Assembly: GCF_009914755.1 (NCBI RefSeq)
Contig: NC_060925.1
Strand: one strand, 5' to 3'
DNA from: the human T2T-CHM13v2.0 reference genome, Homo sapiens
DNA length: 64,000 bases
Made by a program: the position numbers and the translations under genes
Part shown: in pieces, positions 1-14,041 of the stretch
Layout of the letters: every line of letters begins with the position of its first letter
How positions within the stretch are numbered: the stretch's first letter is position 1
The notes under the pieces: generated by a model
Told to the model about the DNA's origin: nothing
Databases searched by the model: none
The model's input: the letters and a program-made list of their open reading frames with translations, nothing else

Positions 1-2124
1 CCTTTGCAAACTCTTCTTACTGCAAGTTAGTGTAAGCCTGACTGGTGGGGTCTAGATAACTAACTGGTGGCCAAGGTGACATACCTTTTTGTAATATGCT
101 AAGCATTATTTCACAAGAGTAGCAATTTATAATAGATTTTTATTTTGAAATATGTTATATTTTGGTAAGGTCTTGGGTAGAATGTACTCCAACTTTAAAT
201 ACATCTGATAATAACAATGAATATTTGCTGAACTGAATACTGAAGCTTTTTGATGAATAAAACCCTACGCATTTATAAGCTCTTATTGATAGATTGCAAT
301 CTTAGTTAGTAGGTTTACAGAGACAAACTTTCCTTCAGTAGCTGTGTTTTCCTCACACTGTGGCCCTCATTTCTCCTCCTTTCAAAAGGAAAGCATGCAG
401 GAGAAAAACTCCTATGATTAAAACCTCCTAAGTCTTTCCAAATGAAACCTGAAATCCCATATCTGAGGGCCAGAACTCCTTAGGTGAGGTTGGTTTCAGC
501 CTAGGGGAGGAGTGTGACTGTACCTGTAGCCTGCCTCTTTTCTTTTAAGGCATAAGGCAGGAGGATGTCAACTCTTTACCACAAATGTATTTCTAGATTT
601 GAATATATAAATGATAGAGTTCTTACCTTTTATAAGTTTCTCTCTGACAGGTAGGCTCAGAAAACATCTCTCTCTAAAACGGAAATGTTGATATAAATAT
701 CTGAAGAAAAATTCTAATCACAGTATACATTGAACAGGCTTACTGATCTTGTATACCTGGAAAAAGATTTTCAAACAGACTTTGTCAGCTCAGCCTTGGC
801 ATTCCTTGTCAAACAAAAGCATGCCTAAAGACACATTTCAAAAGCAGACAATGCAGCACTTGCTAACCTGCAGAAAATCGAAAAGGAACACAGAGGCCAA
901 GAACAAACAGAATAGGGAACCAATGAGAAAATGGAGCACAGTTCTGAGAAACCATTTCAGAGAACCAAAAATGTTTTTAAAAGACCACATCAATAATTAA
1001 GCCTCAGCAAGTCAAATTCCATTTTTTTATTTGCTGCAATTGTCTTAAGATTTGTAATGAAGAAATGAAATTTTTGATTCAGCCTCAGTAAAAAGGAAGC
1101 TAATTCTTACAATCCAGAGGGTAGGATGGAAAAAAGAAGGTGGCAGAGGGAAAGAAATCTTATTTGCAGGAAATGCTTGCCCAAGTTGAGTTATCTTTGG
1201 TTATGTCAGAATGTAAACATTTCAGTCAACTGTAGATTTGGGCCAGGTGGCCCTTAGCAGAATTAAAAGTTTATCTCTTTTTTTTCTTCTTTCAAAAGTG
1301 AGACTATTTTCCTACTAGTATTTATGTTGATCATGTGACTTAACTTGGGTTGACTATTTGGTGATTTGATAATATACAAAATAGCATGACACAAGCCTGT
1401 TTACTGCTATCCAAATAAAATCATATGGTTTTCTATGGATTTCGTATTTCATTTCTTTGCAGAGTGTAACTTGCAATGCAATTGAGCCTAGACATATCCA
1501 ACAGAGATTCTTTTGTTTTTTTTTTACCTAAATAAAATTTTTATTTCTCATAAGGAGCATAAATGTGCTGTCACACACACACAGCTCATGTTAAGGCAGG
1601 GACAAGTAGCAGGTTTGAAAACGAGAGGACAATGCTGAGGATTCTGTGGAGAGATGGCTGCAGATGTGGGCACAGGCGTGTAAGGCTGGTTTTCATGGAA
1701 GTGAAGTGGGAGCTTCACTTTGGCAGACTTTAAGCATTGGCACCTTTTACTCCTCTCTGTGGTCAAACAGACCTGGATCCACAAACTGGAGTAGAATGAA
1801 GATTAGCAGGGCCTGCTCTTGATAGCAAATTGTGATGCTGATGTGAATATCCTGCCTTTCAGTGGTAGTGTTTTAACAGAAATGCTAGTTTTCCTCTGTG
1901 AAAAATGACTGGTAAGAAGAATTGGATGATACTTATGAGACTTTTATATCATTTCAGACTAAATTTCTAAATTCTTAATTTGTTACTAAAGAGAAAAAGA
2001 ATAAGTAATGCAAACATTGTTTATTTCCCATGATTATTTGAGTAAAATGAGACATCTATTTGATACAGCAATTGCAGTGATTTGATCATTTCATTCCCTC
2101 CTAATATTTGCAGAGCTACCTCTT

Positions 2125-2310
2125 CTTAGGTGTGTGACATAACAAGTTATTTAACCTCTTTGTGCCTCAGTTTTATGTGCAAAATAGGATGATAATGGCA
2201 CCTGCCTATTTGCATTTTTGTGAGGATTCCATGTATACATAGTTAACAGGTATAAAATGCTTGGATAGCTGCCTGTGCATGGTAGGTGCATAAATGCATG
2301 TTGTCATTAC
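2125..2310 (+). mobile_element. MIR SINE fragment
   Basis: Core motif tgtgtgac...caagttatttaacctct.tgtgcctcagtttt...aaaatagg..gataat and a MIR-like 3' tail; boundaries approximate. Confidence 0.75.
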
Positions 2311-2352
2311 AGTGGTACTTGTGACATCTATACAGATATAAAGCTGTCACTT

Positions 2353-3680
2353 ATTTTTTAAAGCTTTATTCAGGTATAATTTACATATCATTAAATGTAT
2401 CTATTTTAAGTATCCGATTTAATGATGTTTTGTAAATTTACAGAGTTGTGCAATGATCGCCACAATCCACTTTTGTTTCTCCATTCACCAGTTGATGGAC
2501 AAGTGGACTGTTTCCTCTCTTCAGCTATTAAGAATAATGCTGCTATGAACATTCATATACAAGTCTTTGTGTAGAAACCCATTTTCAATTTTTTTGTGTA
2601 GATTACATTTTAATTTCTTTTAGGGAGACGCTTAAGGGTTGAATGGCTGAGTCATATCGTAAATTTATGTTAAACTTTTAGAAAATGACCAAACTCTTTT
2701 CCAAAGTAGTTGCGTCATTTGACATTCCCAGTAGCAGACTTTTGAGAATTCTGGTTTCTCTATATCAATGCCAACAGTTTATGTTGTCTTTTTCTATTAT
2801 GATTTTTCTAGTGAGAGTGCAGTGATATTTCACTGAAGTTCTAATTTTCATTTCTCTAATGATAAATGATGTTGAACATTTTTTCATGTGCTTATTGGCC
2901 ATTCATATATCTTTTTTGGTGAAATGTCTATTCAAATCCTTTTCCCATTTTAAAATTTGGTCTTTTGTTTTTTTATTGTCGAGTTGTAAGAGCTTTATAC
3001 ATATTCTGGATATGTGTTCTATAATATAAATTATATAAATATAATTATATAAAAATATAAATTATATAAATATAATTATATAAAAATATAAATTATATAA
3101 ATATAATTATATAAAAATATAAATTATATAAATATAATTATATAAAAATATAAATTATATAAATATAATTATATAAAAATATAAATTATATAAATATAAT
3201 TATATAAAAATATAAATTATATAAATATAATTATATAAAAATATAAATTATATAAATATAGTTATATAAAAATATAAATTATATAAATATAGTTATATAA
3301 AAATATAAATTATATAAATATAATTATATAAAAATATAAATTATATAAATTTGTGTATTTATTATATTTATTATATTAATAAATATTTATATTATATATA
3401 AATATAATTTAAATTATATAAATATAATTATATAAATATAAATTATATAAATATAATTTGCAAATCTTTTCTTTCAATCTGTGACTTGTCTTTTCGTTTC
3501 CTTAATGGTGTCTTTTGAAGCCCCAAAGCATTCAATTTTTATGAAGTTCAATTCATCAATTTATTTTATGGATCATACTTTTGATGTCATATTTAGAAAC
3601 TCTTTGTCCAACCTGCTTGGTCATGAAGATTTTCTCCTATGTGTTCTTCAAAAAGTTTTGCAGTATAGTTTAAGCCTGTG
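2353..3680 (-). mobile_element. Old L1 (L1MB-like) 3' end, internally deleted and interrupted by an AT-rich minisatellite
   Basis: tttatt.aggtataatttacata...agagttgtgcaa 3' terminus; ccattcaccagttgatggaca; gaaatgtctattcaaatcc; L1 ORF2-end-like sequence resumes after 3456 (tttgcaaat...). Confidence 0.8.
3021..3456. repeat. AT-rich minisatellite, 31-bp unit (ataaattatataaatataattatataaaaat), about 10 near-perfect copies then degenerate
   Basis: Period 31 is directly visible; two adjacent units share an A>G variant (3261, 3292). Confidence 0.95.
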
Positions 3681-4150
3681 ATCATTTATTCTTTCATCGA
3701 GCAAATATTTGAGTGCTGTGATGACACAGGTAAAAATATTTGGTCCTCATCTGAAGAAGTTTACATTCTAGTGGGAAGATAGACGCATTCACAAGTGATC
3801 ACAGCACACTGTTGCTATGCCAGAGGCAGGTAAACTATGTAGAGGAGCACAGGAACAGAGAGATCCAAGTTCGTTTGTGGAAGTCAAGGCCCATTTTGGT
3901 ATTGGTGCCACTTAGGAAATTCAGGAGGAGGAATAATATGGTTGGGGTGAATGGGAGAGGGAGAGGGATCCCTAATATAAGTATTAGGGATCCCAAGTTC
4001 GAGGGGCCTGTGGAAGAGCCAGCTGGAGATATCTAGCAGCAATTATTTGCATAGCTCTCTAGTTCAGGAAAGTAGTTTGGGCTGGAGAGAGGAGATTAAG
4101 GCATCTTCATGTAATCTTTGTAACTATGGGCTTGGGTATGTGAGAACATA
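3681..4150 (-). mobile_element. L2 LINE fragments
   Basis: tcatttattc.ttcat..agcaaatattt tail, tttacattctagtggg, agttcaggaaag.agtt.gggctggaga. Confidence 0.6.
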
Positions 4151-4334
4151 CAGTAAAATCATTTTGTTAGGGTTGGTGGAACATGCTTGAATTCCTCATT
4201 AAATGTACAGAGGCACACTCTGCAAGCCAATTAGCCTTCAGCTGGATAACTCATCATGTATTAATGCATGAGAGTTTAATTGCTTCTCATTTTGAACTGC
4301 TCTTCTCCTCAGTGGCAATTTTACCCTTTCAGAG

Positions 4335-4732
4335 GTAGGTAAGTGATTGTTTAGCTGTAACAAACCACGGGTTTCCGTAGCTAAACACGATAAAAGCATT
4401 TCTCATATACGTGACAGTCCAATGCACATGATAGTGATTGGCAGGAAGTTCTTCCATGTGGTGATTCAGGGATCCAGTTCCTTCGAACTTTTGACTCCAC
4501 CATTCTCTCTAAAGCTTCAAGAGACCTGCATCCAGGTGGCATCTCTCCAGCTGGGAAAAGAGAAGGTGGAGAAGGCATACCCACATTTTAGCCATGTTGG
4601 CTCAGAAATGACCTTGGCTACATTCCACTGGTGGCTTCAGTTAGATGCAAGATTGCTGCTTCTCAGGGACAACTCGATCTGAAGAAAGAGGGAGCACACA
4701 TTTTGGAAGGATAGCTAACCTTCTGTAGCACA
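4335..4732 (-). mobile_element. MaLR solo LTR (MLT1J/K-like)
   Basis: tagctgtaacaaa..., gtgattcagggatccag, ggctcagaaatgac, ends ...gcaca. Confidence 0.5.
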
Positions 4733-5079
4733 GAAGCCATACTGATTGATAGAGAATATTTCAACCTATATGTAGTGGATTAGAAAATGCTTCACAAAGT
4801 GTCTATTGATTAACTAAATTTTTGAGTCTCTCCTGTATGTGCAGCACTATTTTAAGTACTATAATGATAGAATTAAAGCATGAATTGATTGACCAATTGA
4901 CTCATTTGGCACCTACTATAACCATAGCACTATGTGGAAACATACATACATTTATGTTATGACCTTTCTCCTTGCAGAAGCAAAAATGGCTCCTATGAAG
5001 TACCTAGCAATCAGTAATAGAGAAAACATTTGCCTTTAATAGTAAGTAATATTATAATACTGTTCAAGAATAAGATCTT

Positions 5080-6000
5080 GGATGGTGGGGTATCTAGGGC
5101 AAGCACACCTGAGGGAATGAACCTTGAATTAAGCCTTACAGAATGGGATTTGGATGGAGGGAGTAGTGGGGAAGAAGCATGCCAAGACGAACCACGCAGA
5201 TGTGCAGGCACAGTCAGTGTGACTGCAGGTTTCTGTGGAACATGAGACCAGCCTGACGAGAGCAGAGGACAGATGAAGGGCAATCAGCTATCTCAATAAA
5301 ATTGCTTTTGTTTGTTACTGCAACATGAAAAATAGTTTGATAGATTTGTACTAATTTTGGATTCATGGGAAAGGGACTGTTTTTGTGTAGATGGGGGTGG
5401 GTGGGCCATAGACCAAGAAAACCAATAGTGTTTTTTAACCTGAGCTCTAAGTTGTAATTCACAAGGGCAGGTGCTTTAAATTGCAGACTTTACTTCTGGA
5501 TTTTATTGTTTCTCACATTGGCAGCTCTGTGTGACTTGTTTACTCTTTGTAGAGGGCTCCAGGGTAAGCAGTAGCAGGGATTTATTTATTCAATGATGGC
5601 TGATGATTCTCCTGAGCCAAGCAGGGTAAGACAACCCATGGAAACTAAGGCTATCTCGATTGAATGGTGTCATCTTATAAAGGGCTTTGACAATCAAATG
5701 ACTGAGTTCAGACTTGATGTGGCAGGTACTGGGGAGCCACTGAAAGTTTCCAAATTGGTGAACAACTTTTTGAGAGTGTTAGTTAATGAAGATTCATGTT
5801 TCATTAATATGCAGGATGGTTGGAGGTGAGGAAGGCTGGTGGGACAGAGTTCCAGTGGACAGTTTTTAAAATTCTGGGGCACAGGGCTGAGGGCTGGAAT
5901 AGAGGGAATAGAGGAGAAATATACAGGAAAATGGTAAATGTGAGGGGGGAGTCAATGTTCCATTTATGGGCTTGGGAGATTGGCAGTGAAGAGAAAGGGA
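5080..6000 (-). mobile_element. Degenerate L2 fragments
   Basis: gagttcagactt..., ggggagccactgaaagttt, ttgaattaagcctt..agaatgg; patchy. Confidence 0.45.
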
Positions 6001-7745
6001 ATTAGTGGCTGGCAGAATGTGGGGGCGGGGAGTGAGAAGATGAAGCCAGTGATTACAGCGGAGGCACAGGTTGACAGCCTTGGCTGAGAGAGAATGCTCA
6101 CTAGCTCTTCAGTCTCTCATCAGGCTGGGGAGCACATTTGTGACTCAGTCCGACCACTTGCTCCCCACAGCAGCAGGCTTTGCTCAGTCTCCTCAGGTGC
6201 TCAGCAGCCCTCTAATCTGAGGATAAGGGATTGCAAGCCAAGACTGAAGGCTTCTGAGTAGTCTCTAATTTTTTATCGACAGCCCCCAAAAGTTCTAGAT
6301 GCACTTAGCACCTCCATAGAAGCGCTAAATGATTTAACATTTTGGGGACAAATTGGTTCTATTAGTCTCTAGTGCCAAATTCACCAAAAATAGCTCATTA
6401 GCTGTGCATTGTGATTTCACTGGGGTGCCCTTCTCTTGGCTGGATTCCAAAGAACACATTTGTATAAAAATGTTCCCATTATAGAGTGTGATACCTATTA
6501 ATGGAACACCATATGCAGCAGAGCATCTCCCCTTGCCTCCTCCTCGTCTTTCAACCTGAAGTTTGTATTCTCCATTCATTTTTACCAAGTGACCTGCTTT
6601 GCAGGGGTTAAACTTTACCTAATGGGCTAAGGCCTGAGATGCTGCAGCAATCAATCTTTCCTCTGAATTTAAGCATCTTGGTTTTCCCTTTCTCTGTGCC
6701 TACTGCCAATCCTGACCCTTTCATTCCATCCTAGCCTGGGGGAAAGAAAGGGAGGGGCAAGGTTGAGAGTGGGCTCCAAGCCCAGACCTACAGCTGTGCC
6801 TGATTGACCGACATTTCTGTTGTTAGCCACAAAAAAGGCCACTTTTAATGGCTAAAGCAAGGATGACCAGCTGGTGTGACAGGCATTGGGTTTTTGCCTA
6901 GTTATATTAAAATTCATCAGTTCCGGTCCTTTTTCATCACATGCATGATTTCAGGGATAGTATTTCCAAAATATATCTTCTACTGAAGCTTTTGGCTATC
7001 AAATAATATTTGCAGTTCTTTTTTTAAAACCAATATCCTGCATCTTGTAGGTGGCTTTAAAATTTCATTAAAATGTAGTGGAGCAAAAATAAATGGAAGA
7101 TGCTTGTTATTCATCAGGAGAGACCTGCAGAGAGGTTCAATAATAATAGAAAATCAAGAGATTATACAAAATTCAAGAAAGTCCACCAAATATAAATATT
7201 TGTCTGCAAAATTTTCCTGAAATTCTGGACCTGAAACCCATGGTGACTTCAATATTTAAATTGAGCATGGAATCTTTGGATCTGGGATCTGGGATCTGGA
7301 TTTTCCTTTTTGTCTGGACCTAGAGTGGCATAACTGAGAAAGGCACCATGGGTTGGTATGATGGAGAAAGCTGTAGATCAATGCAAAACATAATTAGGAC
7401 CGGGTGCATTTTTTTTCACTCAGTCATTTGAAAGAAATACATTTGTTCTTAAAGTAATGTATTAATTCAGCAAACAGAGTGAACACCTACAATGGACTAA
7501 CACTGTGGGTAATGATGCAGAAATGAGCAACATAGAATCTCCGACCTCAAAGTGTTCACGTCCATGTGCAACATGTACACAAATGAGTGCTTTTAAAAAC
7601 TCGGAAAGTGAAAGGTGGTAAAATTAACAAGCAAACAAAGAAGCAAACAAGCACAAAATAGGAAGTAGTGTGGAATATTTTGCTAATTCAGTTGATGGCA
7701 GGATTGCTTCCTGTTGGAGATATCGAAGAATTAAGGCTTTGTGCC

Positions 7746-8036
7746 TTTTTTTTTTTTTTTTTTTTGAGATGGAGTCTCACTCTGTCGCCCAGGCCATGCA
7801 GTGGCACGATCTTGGCTCACAGCAAGCTCCGCCTCCCAGGTTCACGCCATTGTCCTCCCTCAGCATCCCGAGTAGCTGGGACTACAGGAGCCCGCCACCG
7901 AATTTTTCCTGTATTTTTAGTAGAGGTGGGGTTTCACCGTGCTAGCCAGGATGGTCTTGATCTCCTGACCTCATGATCCGCCCACCTAGGCCTCCCAAAA
8001 CGCTGAGATTACAGGTGTGAGCCACCGCGCCTGGCC
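7746..8036 (-). mobile_element. AluY with small internal deletions
   Basis: gcaagctccgcctccc.ggttcacgccat and gctagccaggatggtct.gatctcctgacc diagnostics; T tail; TSD tgcctttt (7742 and 8037). Confidence 0.92.
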
Positions 8037-8116
8037 TGCCTTTTAATATACATTGTGTTGTTTATTCTCTGGAGGGATTTGAGCTGGGTTTGGAAGGCCA
8101 TAGAGGTAAGTTTTAG

Positions 8117-8434
<318 letters not shown>

Positions 8435-9232
8435 TAGTTTGTTCATTTTAATTTTTAAAAATGCCACAGTCCTAGTCTTTAACACAAAGAATTTTTAATT
8501 CTGTCTATGAAAAGCCTCAATTTGAATTAAATCCATTTCTTTTTAAAAGCATGAAATTATGTGAAAGTTAAATTCTATTTCCCTTGGGTATATAGCTCCA
8601 ACTAACCAATTATCTTGTGACTAACTAACATGGGAGATCTTTTAAAAACATAACATAGAATGATGTTAAAGAGACTTGCATGCAAATTTCTATGTAGAGC
8701 TACCCAATCATATGTCCATAATTTTAAATAAATGATTCTCCATTGAGGCTCTGTGGGACAGATCGCAGAATTCTGTACTAGATACAAGTTCTGAAGTTGA
8801 TGTTGACAAACAGCCAGGATGAAGACCATTGCTTTATATCTATAGTTGGAACACATAAAATTACCCACTTAAAAAAAAGCACAATCCATAGAAACTACAT
8901 TAATTGCTGTTTTTATTCCAGACATTATCAGTTAGAAAACAGAAAATTTTCCTCCTTAATATGTTTCTGCAACCAAAAGAGTGATGTAGCACAAATCTTA
9001 GGAGCATCGGAGAGGATCACAATCACAAGTAAGATTATAGTACATTCTTTCTTTAGAAATTAAAATGACCTCTCTTTTCCAGCAACACTAACAAAGACGT
9101 GTTAGAGTCAAACAAGTAGGAAGTTCTTTAGGCTCCCGTGGAAGGCTGTGTAGATGAAGTTTTGCTGTGGTGCACAGGATGACAGGGTGCAGTTTCATTT
9201 ACAGGTTTAGAGACATGCACTTTCATGTACAT

Positions 9233-9651
9233 TGTGCTAGTTATTCTCTGCTCACCCTTCCCCGCCTTCCCTGTGAGATTCATTCCCTCCTCTTTCCCTC
9301 TCTGCAGTGGGCTCCAGGTGGCTGACCCCTTGGCTGTAACACCTGCCCGTCCCTGCCTGGTAGAGTCTCCATCCTCCCAGACTATAGCTCCTGCCGGCTG
9401 GCCCCTTATCCGTGACTGCAGCCCTCACCAAGCTCTGGCATGAAACACTATTTCCTTCCCTGGCCCCTTCAGGCCCATGGTGCCAACAGCTTCCTACTGT
9501 TGCTAGTCCTGGATGCCTCTGTGTTCCTATTCTTTGTTGGATCCCCTGACCCTGCTTTATAAATAGACCTTCCTTGCATCCTTTTCCATCCCATTCCTTC
9601 AGAGTCCCATCTGAGCGGCCCTTCTGCTTCCCACTAGGACCTGTTGATACA
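9233..9651 (+). mobile_element. ERVL solo LTR (LTR33-like)
   Basis: gccccttcaggcc...cagcttcc.actgttgctagtcc...cttgttgg..ccc...taaatag; TG start and tgataca end. Confidence 0.7.
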
Positions 9652-10718
9652 CCAATCACATTCCAAATTGCTCCCTGGATGTTTCTACACAGGAGCCCAG
9701 AAGATTTCATCTCTTTAGAGATCAATCAGAGAAGCTTACAATGACTAAGTACCAGGGTGGTAGCATCAGAAAGAAGAGACTGACAAAAGGAGTTATTGGG
9801 GGCAAAATCCTGAAAGATTAAAGCAAAAAGAAATGTAGGAAAGGTTTGTGTTGAGTGTTGAGAATGTCTAAGCACATGAAAAACAAACAAAACAACTATT
9901 AGATTTACCTTGCATTCACAAAAGAACTTTTTGAAAATAGATATTATAAGCCAAATGATAAAGACTGGCAATCATATCTCACAATGTAGCCATGGATCTG
10001 AAGGGAATGAAGCTGACAACAGATCAGAGTGAAAATAAATATAGTAACTACTAACTATGGGCAGGGCACCATCCTTGCTCTGGTCACCAATGTTTCTGGC
10101 ATCCACTGCAGCATTTGTGTGTCACTGGGAAGGTGGGGAAATGCTGATGACAGCTCTGCATGTCAGGAAAAGTTTCTGTGGGCTGTCAGACTTTTTCAGT
10201 CTTGGCAAATTACCAGAAGGCAAAATTTGACTTTGTGTTATGTCTTGTTTCTCAGTTGTATGTGGATACTTTCAAAGATATATACTTTATGTATGTAAAG
10301 GCACATTAGATATAGGCACAAATTTGATATAGACACTTGGATTCTTCTTCTTGGTATAAGATTATGACAACAAAAAGCCAACAAGTATATTATAAGAACA
10401 GCTTATGTTAGGCACTATGTAAACCTCATGTGTTTAATTTCAATATTTGTCATACATATATATGAACCAGCCACAAAGATAAGATGCTGTCCCTACTCCT
10501 AAGCATCTAACTTTAAGATGGAGAACTTCAATTTATTGTGAACTCACCTAAAACCCCTCCCGGCTAAGGGAGATGAGAGACCTCTCTAAACATGTAAGAA
10601 AAGTGGATAGAAGTAGAGGGGCAAGATGCTATGCAAATAAGGAAGTAAGGCAAAACTTTTCAAGAAATACAAGTTCTATTGGAGTTCTTAGCTAATAGCC
10701 AATAATAGCACTTAGCTT

Positions 10719-10751
10719 CACTTGATCTTAACCAAAAGGCCAAGAAGTGAT
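10719..10751 (-). pseudogene. 3'-truncated (tailless) U2 snRNA retropseudogene, U2 nt 1-33
   Basis: Minus strand ATCACTTCTTGGCCTTTTGGTTAAGATCAAGTG matches the U2 5' end at 30/33 (two CpG transitions); perfect 16-bp direct repeat atagcacttagcttca at 10705-10720 and 10750-10765. Confidence 0.93.
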
Positions 10752-10765
10752 AGCACTTAGCTTCA

Positions 10766-10975
10766 ATAAGTGTTACATAGGCCAGATAGCAATCTAAGCA
10801 CTATTCATGGGTTCAATTTTTGACTCTCATTGCCCTTTGATTTAGGTTGTATTATTCTCCCAATTTTACAGATGAGTAAATTGGGGCACATGGTGTTTAA
10901 ATAACTTTCCCAGTTTCCTGATGCTAGAATGCACAGGGCTAGAATTAGATACTAGGTAGTCTGACACCAGAGTTG
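10766..10975 (-). mobile_element. MIR
   Basis: attattctcccaattttacagatgag.aaa.tgggg cac...aataactt.ccca...tctgac.ccagag. Confidence 0.8.
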
Positions 10976-13900
10976 AGTAAATAAGTCACATCTGGTAGAA
11001 TCTAGAAAGACCCTTTGGAGGCTGCATTTGAGAAGGGTCTTGGAAGACAGTAAGGATGTTATAATTTGAGATGCTGTCTATGGAAGATGGACAAGAGGGG
11101 ATTTTCTCTCTGCACATGAAAACATAAGCATCTAAAAGTTTTAGCTGTAACCATATCTATTTAATAGTTACTTCTTTTGCATTTTTTCCATTGCCACTAC
11201 ATAATAAAGACACATAACTCAATCCCAAAGTGACCACAGGAGTCTCTGGAAAACAGAAGGGTGAACTGATAGCATCACTGAACATACCTAAGTAGTGGCA
11301 ATGTAGAGCTGGTAATGCAGGTTGGAAACCATAGAATGTAGAACCCAAAATTCTATATGTTTAGGGAGATCCCTCAAGTTCTGCAGCCAAGAGCATTTTT
11401 GGTGAGTTTGGGGTAAGTTGAAGTTCCCTTTCTACATCAATGATTCACAAAAAATGTGAAGTTACTGAATAAAAGTAAAATTGGGCTTTCAAGTGCCTCT
11501 GGCCATTTTTGAGTCATGCCTTCAGTTGGCTCCTTGCTGTGTAGGTGTTTTTTCTTCTTGGTGTGATTTCACCTTAAAGCAGAGGTTTCTAAAGCAGGAT
11601 GTTCTTGGGCAGCAAAGCCTTTAAGGAGAACCATGGGAAGCATTTCTGAGCATGGTCTGAGAGAGAAGACTTGATCAATTAATCAACCAAAAATGAGCAC
11701 TTACTTTATTGAGCACTTACTTTATAGATCTAGACCTGTGCTAAGTTTACAAGCAACTACATTTTAAAGAAGCATTAAGGATATCCTGTTTTATGGTTAG
11801 AATTTGCCTTCCCCCTAAACTGAGCTATCTCTGAGACAAAGGTAGTTCCATTTTTCAATTGCAGCCAGGGGTCAATGTTTCTGAGGGTCATACACCATGA
11901 AGAACTCCGCCTTGTCCCTTTGCAAGCATGGAGGCTGGCATCTCCACTGTGCTACTGAGAAAGGCTGGCTTGAGGAGTGACAGATTTATTCAGAGAGCTC
12001 CACTGGGAAGCGATAATGAATGGAAATGAGGGAGGGTCATGAGATAGAAACAGAATGTGACTGTCTCCAGTTCAGACACTCAGGATAGTGCTGCACAAAC
12101 TGTCTTGAAAGCCATTATTGATTCTAGGCACAGTTAGAAGGAGGGTGAATTTTTGTTTTAACTTTTCTGTCTATACTCAGTTTCCTCTACCTGAGTTACT
12201 CTGTCTTAAAAAAACATTTTTCTGTTCTCTAAACACACGAGTTCATAAAACAGATGCAAAATATTTCCACCTGGACATGAGCCAAGTGTAGGGCATCCTG
12301 CCTTGCATTGCAAACTGTTTCAATACGTCCGGGAATCTAGAAACCCCTGCCCACACATTTAGGAGCCTGACTTCTCCCACTTTGTGCACCTTCCTGGCTC
12401 TTTAAAGAATGAACACTCCTTAATGACCTTTGGATTCTGAACCAGTAACTCTTTTAGACCCTCTCTTCGAGAGACAGCTGACTTCTCTCCAGTCTTAGAG
12501 AGAGCTGAAGGGTGGCAGTTCCTGATATCTCAGCGCCTCCTCCACCTCCGCTGTGACTGGCAAGAGCTGAGTGTGCGGCACTGGTATAGTATAAAGGGAG
12601 GAAAAAGTCTTTGTGACAGAGAAGGAAAAAGGGACAGGTGGTCAGATGGAACAAGAAGGCCCCCAGCCAGCTCTTTGAAAGAAGGTAATGCATTTGATGT
12701 ACTTTAATGGTACCCCTGACAGAGGGGCCATATGGAGCCCTGGATCCTTCATAATTCCATCTCACTCCCCAGTTGAGACCAACTTTTCCTGCCGAAATCA
12801 TAGCGTCAATTGGGTCAAGCAGTTGCTGCTGGTAGTTCCTAATGCTCTTATTCAGAAGGGAAAAGATTAAAAATATAAAGGGTACCCTGGCGTCCAATCC
12901 TAGTATAACTTTTGTAAGTAGTTTGGTCAAACTTTAGCATTGTAGAGCCTTCTGGGAATGTGTTGTTTCAAATACCTGCATTTTAAAGATAGTCAAAGTT
13001 AACCCTTTAAGCCACAGGGCACAAGTTGGGGGTAGGACAAAGGCCCAAATCTGGTTGCAGATGCACCTGGAGAATTTTAACCAGCTCATACAGCTCCCTA
13101 AGACTCTGCCCCACCCTGATTTACACAGTTAGGTGACCTGAGCCCCTAAGACATTTGGGTTGTAGCCCCTGCTTAGTCACCAGCACTTGTAGGTAGCTTT
13201 TTGATGGGAATATTTCTAAATCTCTGCTTACTGAAGTAATATGCAATGAAAATAATTTTCTGTCCTCATAATTTGCTCTAGCCACAGCTATAAACTCAGA
13301 GTTGGAGAGTGCAGACCAAAAAGGGACTGGGGACTGACCCAAGCAGACTTTGGAACTTACTCTGAAAAGGTCTCTGAAGCCAGGCTGCCCTTTAGTTGAT
13401 TGCCTGATGCCCTCCAAGGCTAGGTGAAGCTAGGACAACTACCTGACCTGTATAGCATCTGTGTCACTTGCATGACTCTGGCCTTGGCTGCCTAGTCCAA
13501 GAATGTTGGGGGAACTTCTGCCTGGTGGACACAGAGGACCAATGCTGTGCAGAGCCCCATCAAACGGAGCATCTCTTCCTCCAATCTGTGGTTTTCTGGG
13601 CCTTTGGAGGTTCCAGTGACTTGTAGCCTCTGACCCCTATAATGGGATTTTCCAGTGGTTCAAGTTAATTTGGCACATTCCCACAGTGTGAGCGCTCAGG
13701 CTCAACGCTGTCTTCTTAATGAATCCTTTCCCAGTTCCTTCTGGCAGAAGCTCTTGACTCTCTGTAAACACCCCTGGAAACTGTTTTCCCCTTTCTTATG
13801 ACATTTTCTCCATGATGCAATATAGATTTGTATCTTGTGCATGTCATCTTCTTGGCTAGATTGTGAGCACCTTAAACAGTGTTATCTCTTATTCATTTTG

Positions 13901-14041
13901 TAGCTCCAGCACACTGCTGGGCACACGGAGGATTGGGTGAATTTTTTTTTTTTTGAGTGAGATATATTTTCCTGATAATGGAAATGCAGGTGCTATTTGT
14001 GGACCTCACAGAAAGTAGCATAAAACCTTGTATATGATAGC

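Noticed and set aside
637-656. Recursive-splice-like motif tttctctctgacag|gtaggc (similar at about 25452)
   Set aside because: AG|GT motifs are frequent; cannot be supported without nascent-RNA data.
627-867. Possible minus-strand exon (ttttcgattttctgcag|G ... AAG|gtaaga)
   Set aside because: Good splice signals, but no recognisable protein or partner exons; such pairs arise by chance in 64 kb.
3021-3456. CRISPR-like array
   Set aside because: Units are contiguous with no unique spacers, in eukaryotic DNA; it is a minisatellite.
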